Assembly: GCA_013115145.1 (NCBI GenBank)
Contig: JAAPAO010000122.1
Span: forward strand, 1 to 64,000
DNA: 64,000 bases
Source: Perkinsus chesapeaki ATCC PRA-425
Taxonomy: Eukaryota > Protista > Perkinsozoa
Reading direction: 5' to 3'
The notes under the pieces were generated by a model. That model had not been told where the DNA came from and did no database searches. It saw only the letters and a program-made list of their open reading frames with translations. The position numbers and the translations under genes are program-made. Shown here piece by piece: positions 61,800 to 64,000 of this stretch; positions within the stretch are counted from its first letter, which is position 1, and each line of letters opens with the position of its first letter.

Positions 61800-64000
61800 C
61801 ACTAGGAGTGCAGCTTATCCAGCAGATTCTCGCCTGAAACGGCCCCGACTTCAGCCAGCATAAGCCTTGTGGCACGCTCCACCTGACAAAAGATCGACAA
61901 TGCTCAAGAACAAGTCGTCAAGACCCACCTCTGCGTTCTCGTCCTCCAAGAGCTCGCCAGCATAAACAGATACTTCGGACATGCCAACCAGCAGCGGGCC
62001 TCCGACAGCCTACAAAGTACAATCATCATCACAACCCTACCTCCCGAGATACCTTCCACAGTTCGGTAACAGCGCGCAGCAACACGAGCTTGACCTGGGC
62101 TGAGGGCTCCATACGGCAGGGCCGGAGCAGATCGGACAACAAGTATTTGACCTAACAGAAATAACCCTGAAAGTTCCATGGGAGAAAGGGCTGACCTGGT
62201 TGTCGGTAGCACAACGCTTCCCGATGGCAATGACAGCAAGGCTGAAGGAGCTCTGGGCCTCCGGTGTGTAGGCTACTGGCCAATACTTGGCCGATGCGGC
62301 TGAGTTGGCCACAGCGTCAATGATCGCCTCAAAGGTCTCTCCATCGGAGGATATCTCGGCCGTCACATTGGCCACGGCTGCTACCAAACTAAAACCACTC
62401 CCATCACTACACCGACGATATTGCGCCCTTACTTGAGGGCCTCTTCTATGAGATCGAACCACCACGGGCGACCCTCTTGAGCTGTCTCCTCTCCAGACTT
62501 CCTCTTCTTATTGCTTGCCTTCGACGTGCTCGCCTGTTCTGTGCATTTCTTGAAGACCTACCACCCGCGGTCCAACCCCATACCGGAATGAATCCCTACC
62601 TCAAGGACGTCACCAGACATTAGCTGCAGTACCGCGACGCCTATCTCTTGGCCGCCTCTGCTGCAGAGCTCAGTCGCCAAGGAAAGCCATACTGCGGTCT
62701 GTGGCGCCGCCTTGTGGTTCGACTCTGCCGCCAACCAACCGCCGCGCTTCATATGCTTCCCTAGGGTCTTCATCACAGCCCCGACGTCGGCCAGCCGCAT
62801 ATGCAGGCAGGCCTAGCTTAAGATCTCCAGCTCAACGCTCTTCGTTCCGTCCTACTACCTCGCTCAGGGCCTGGACAGTTAGACCGGCCAGGGCCTCCGA
62901 CCCCCAACCGAACTCAGCATCACACCAGCGAACTTCCCGACGTGCCGGAGGGACAACAACATGAGTTGCCTGCACCACTGCTACAACACGACTGAGAAGT
63001 CGGGCCAGAGGATCCCGAATGATGGCCAACGAACGGATGTCCGCCGAGGTACGCGAAAACATGTACCTGTTCAAACGCGTGCCACATAATAACAGCAGCT
63101 GTGTACGGCTACTACCCGAGTAGAGACATGAGCTTCTGCAGACGGAAGATGTCCTTGTCATTGGGAACGGTGTGCTTTGGGCCACATGCCTCGATGATCA
63201 ACAACTTCACCGACTCCATTACACTCGCAATCGGCTGGGACCTAGTCACGAATCTCGGGTCCCGTACAGTAGTTTCTAGCTTTACCTTGCCAACCGCTGG
63301 GCCGTCATCTGCAGGAGATGCGACAAGTCCTTAGCAGACTCGCTAAGAGACTCCCCGATAGGTGCCAGCTCCCACTCCGGCGACACGCCTACGGTAGCAG
63401 CATGGCGGCTCTAGTCAGTCCTATACCCTACATAATTGGAACACCGCCGCGGTCTCCGGGCCGAAGTACTGGCCGCATGCACCAGTAATCTCAAAGAGGC
63501 ACTGGGCTGTCGGTTGAAGCTCAGTGGAATCTTTTCCTTTCACGGAGAGAGCCGCAATGAGTGAAGGAAGGAGGAGGCTCAAGTACGATAGAGATGACGC
63601 ACCTGGCGATTGTAGGATAGATCCAAGCATCGTCCCAGGGAGGCCTACCCATTCGCTTAACCAATATAGTAGTTGCTCTGCAAAGTTGGGCGTTTGTCAG
63701 AGGCATCTCTCCAGATGCCAGAGGCTCACTACTGCCAACCAACTTGGTGACACGCTCCTTCAGCGAGGCCAGACTCAGTGCGCTGCACAGGCCTCTCAGT
63801 ACCGACCAGAGCGCGTTGGCCATCGCCACAGAGCCTACAGAACAGCATCACACAGCAGCGGGTGGCGCTTTAGCTCACCTTCTTGAGAGGCCCTCTCGAT
63901 AACAACGGCCACGCACTCCTCTTGGATCTCCGACGGCACCGATAAGTACTGCTGCTGCCAGGACCTACACCAAGCGTTATTTCTATCATCTACAGCAGGC
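61800..64000 (-). CDS. Hypothetical multi-exon, predicted helical (possibly ARM/HEAT-like) protein; 5' end outside the window
   Basis: Successive minus-strand frames bounded by GT-AG sites give amphipathic-looking segments (FEAIIDAVANSAAS; VWLSLATELCSRGGQEIGVAVLQLM). No family motif recognised. Confidence 0.4.

Noticed and set aside
1-64000. CRISPR array, rRNA, or U1/U2/U5/U6/SRP RNA
   Set aside because: No repeat-spacer array or diagnostic conserved sequence found by eye. Scattered CAG/CTG and GAG runs are short microsatellites.

Overview
Gene-dense, intron-rich eukaryotic DNA, most consistent with a Perkinsus-like alveolate (inferred from Fe-SODs resembling Perkinsus SOD1, many ~42-50 nt GT-AG introns and long same-strand gene runs). 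Left to right: the 3' part of a tRNA-Trp(CCA); an FkbM-type methyltransferase; a hypothetical minus-strand gene; two tandem Fe-superoxide dismutases (one with a mitochondrial-type presequence, one without); a ~15.8 kb multi-exon gene for a giant predicted secreted/GPI-anchored surface protein (N-glycan-sequon repeat, RRLAE motif); a degenerate Ty3/Gypsy LTR element that appears to interrupt a small secreted-protein gene; a 273-aa candidate Whirly-like nucleic-acid-binding protein; a membrane class III adenylyl cyclase; four intronless genes (two AAAP amino-acid transporters, an SNM1/PSO2-type nuclease, a mitochondrial carrier); a DASS transporter; an S28 serine peptidase; a small C2H2 ORF; a CAMK/CDPK-like kinase; a formin; a HemK methyltransferase; and a hypothetical gene running off the end. 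Exon structures were built by hand. Those given exon by exon were phase-checked; the long genes are approximate. No CRISPR array, rRNA or complete SL RNA was seen.
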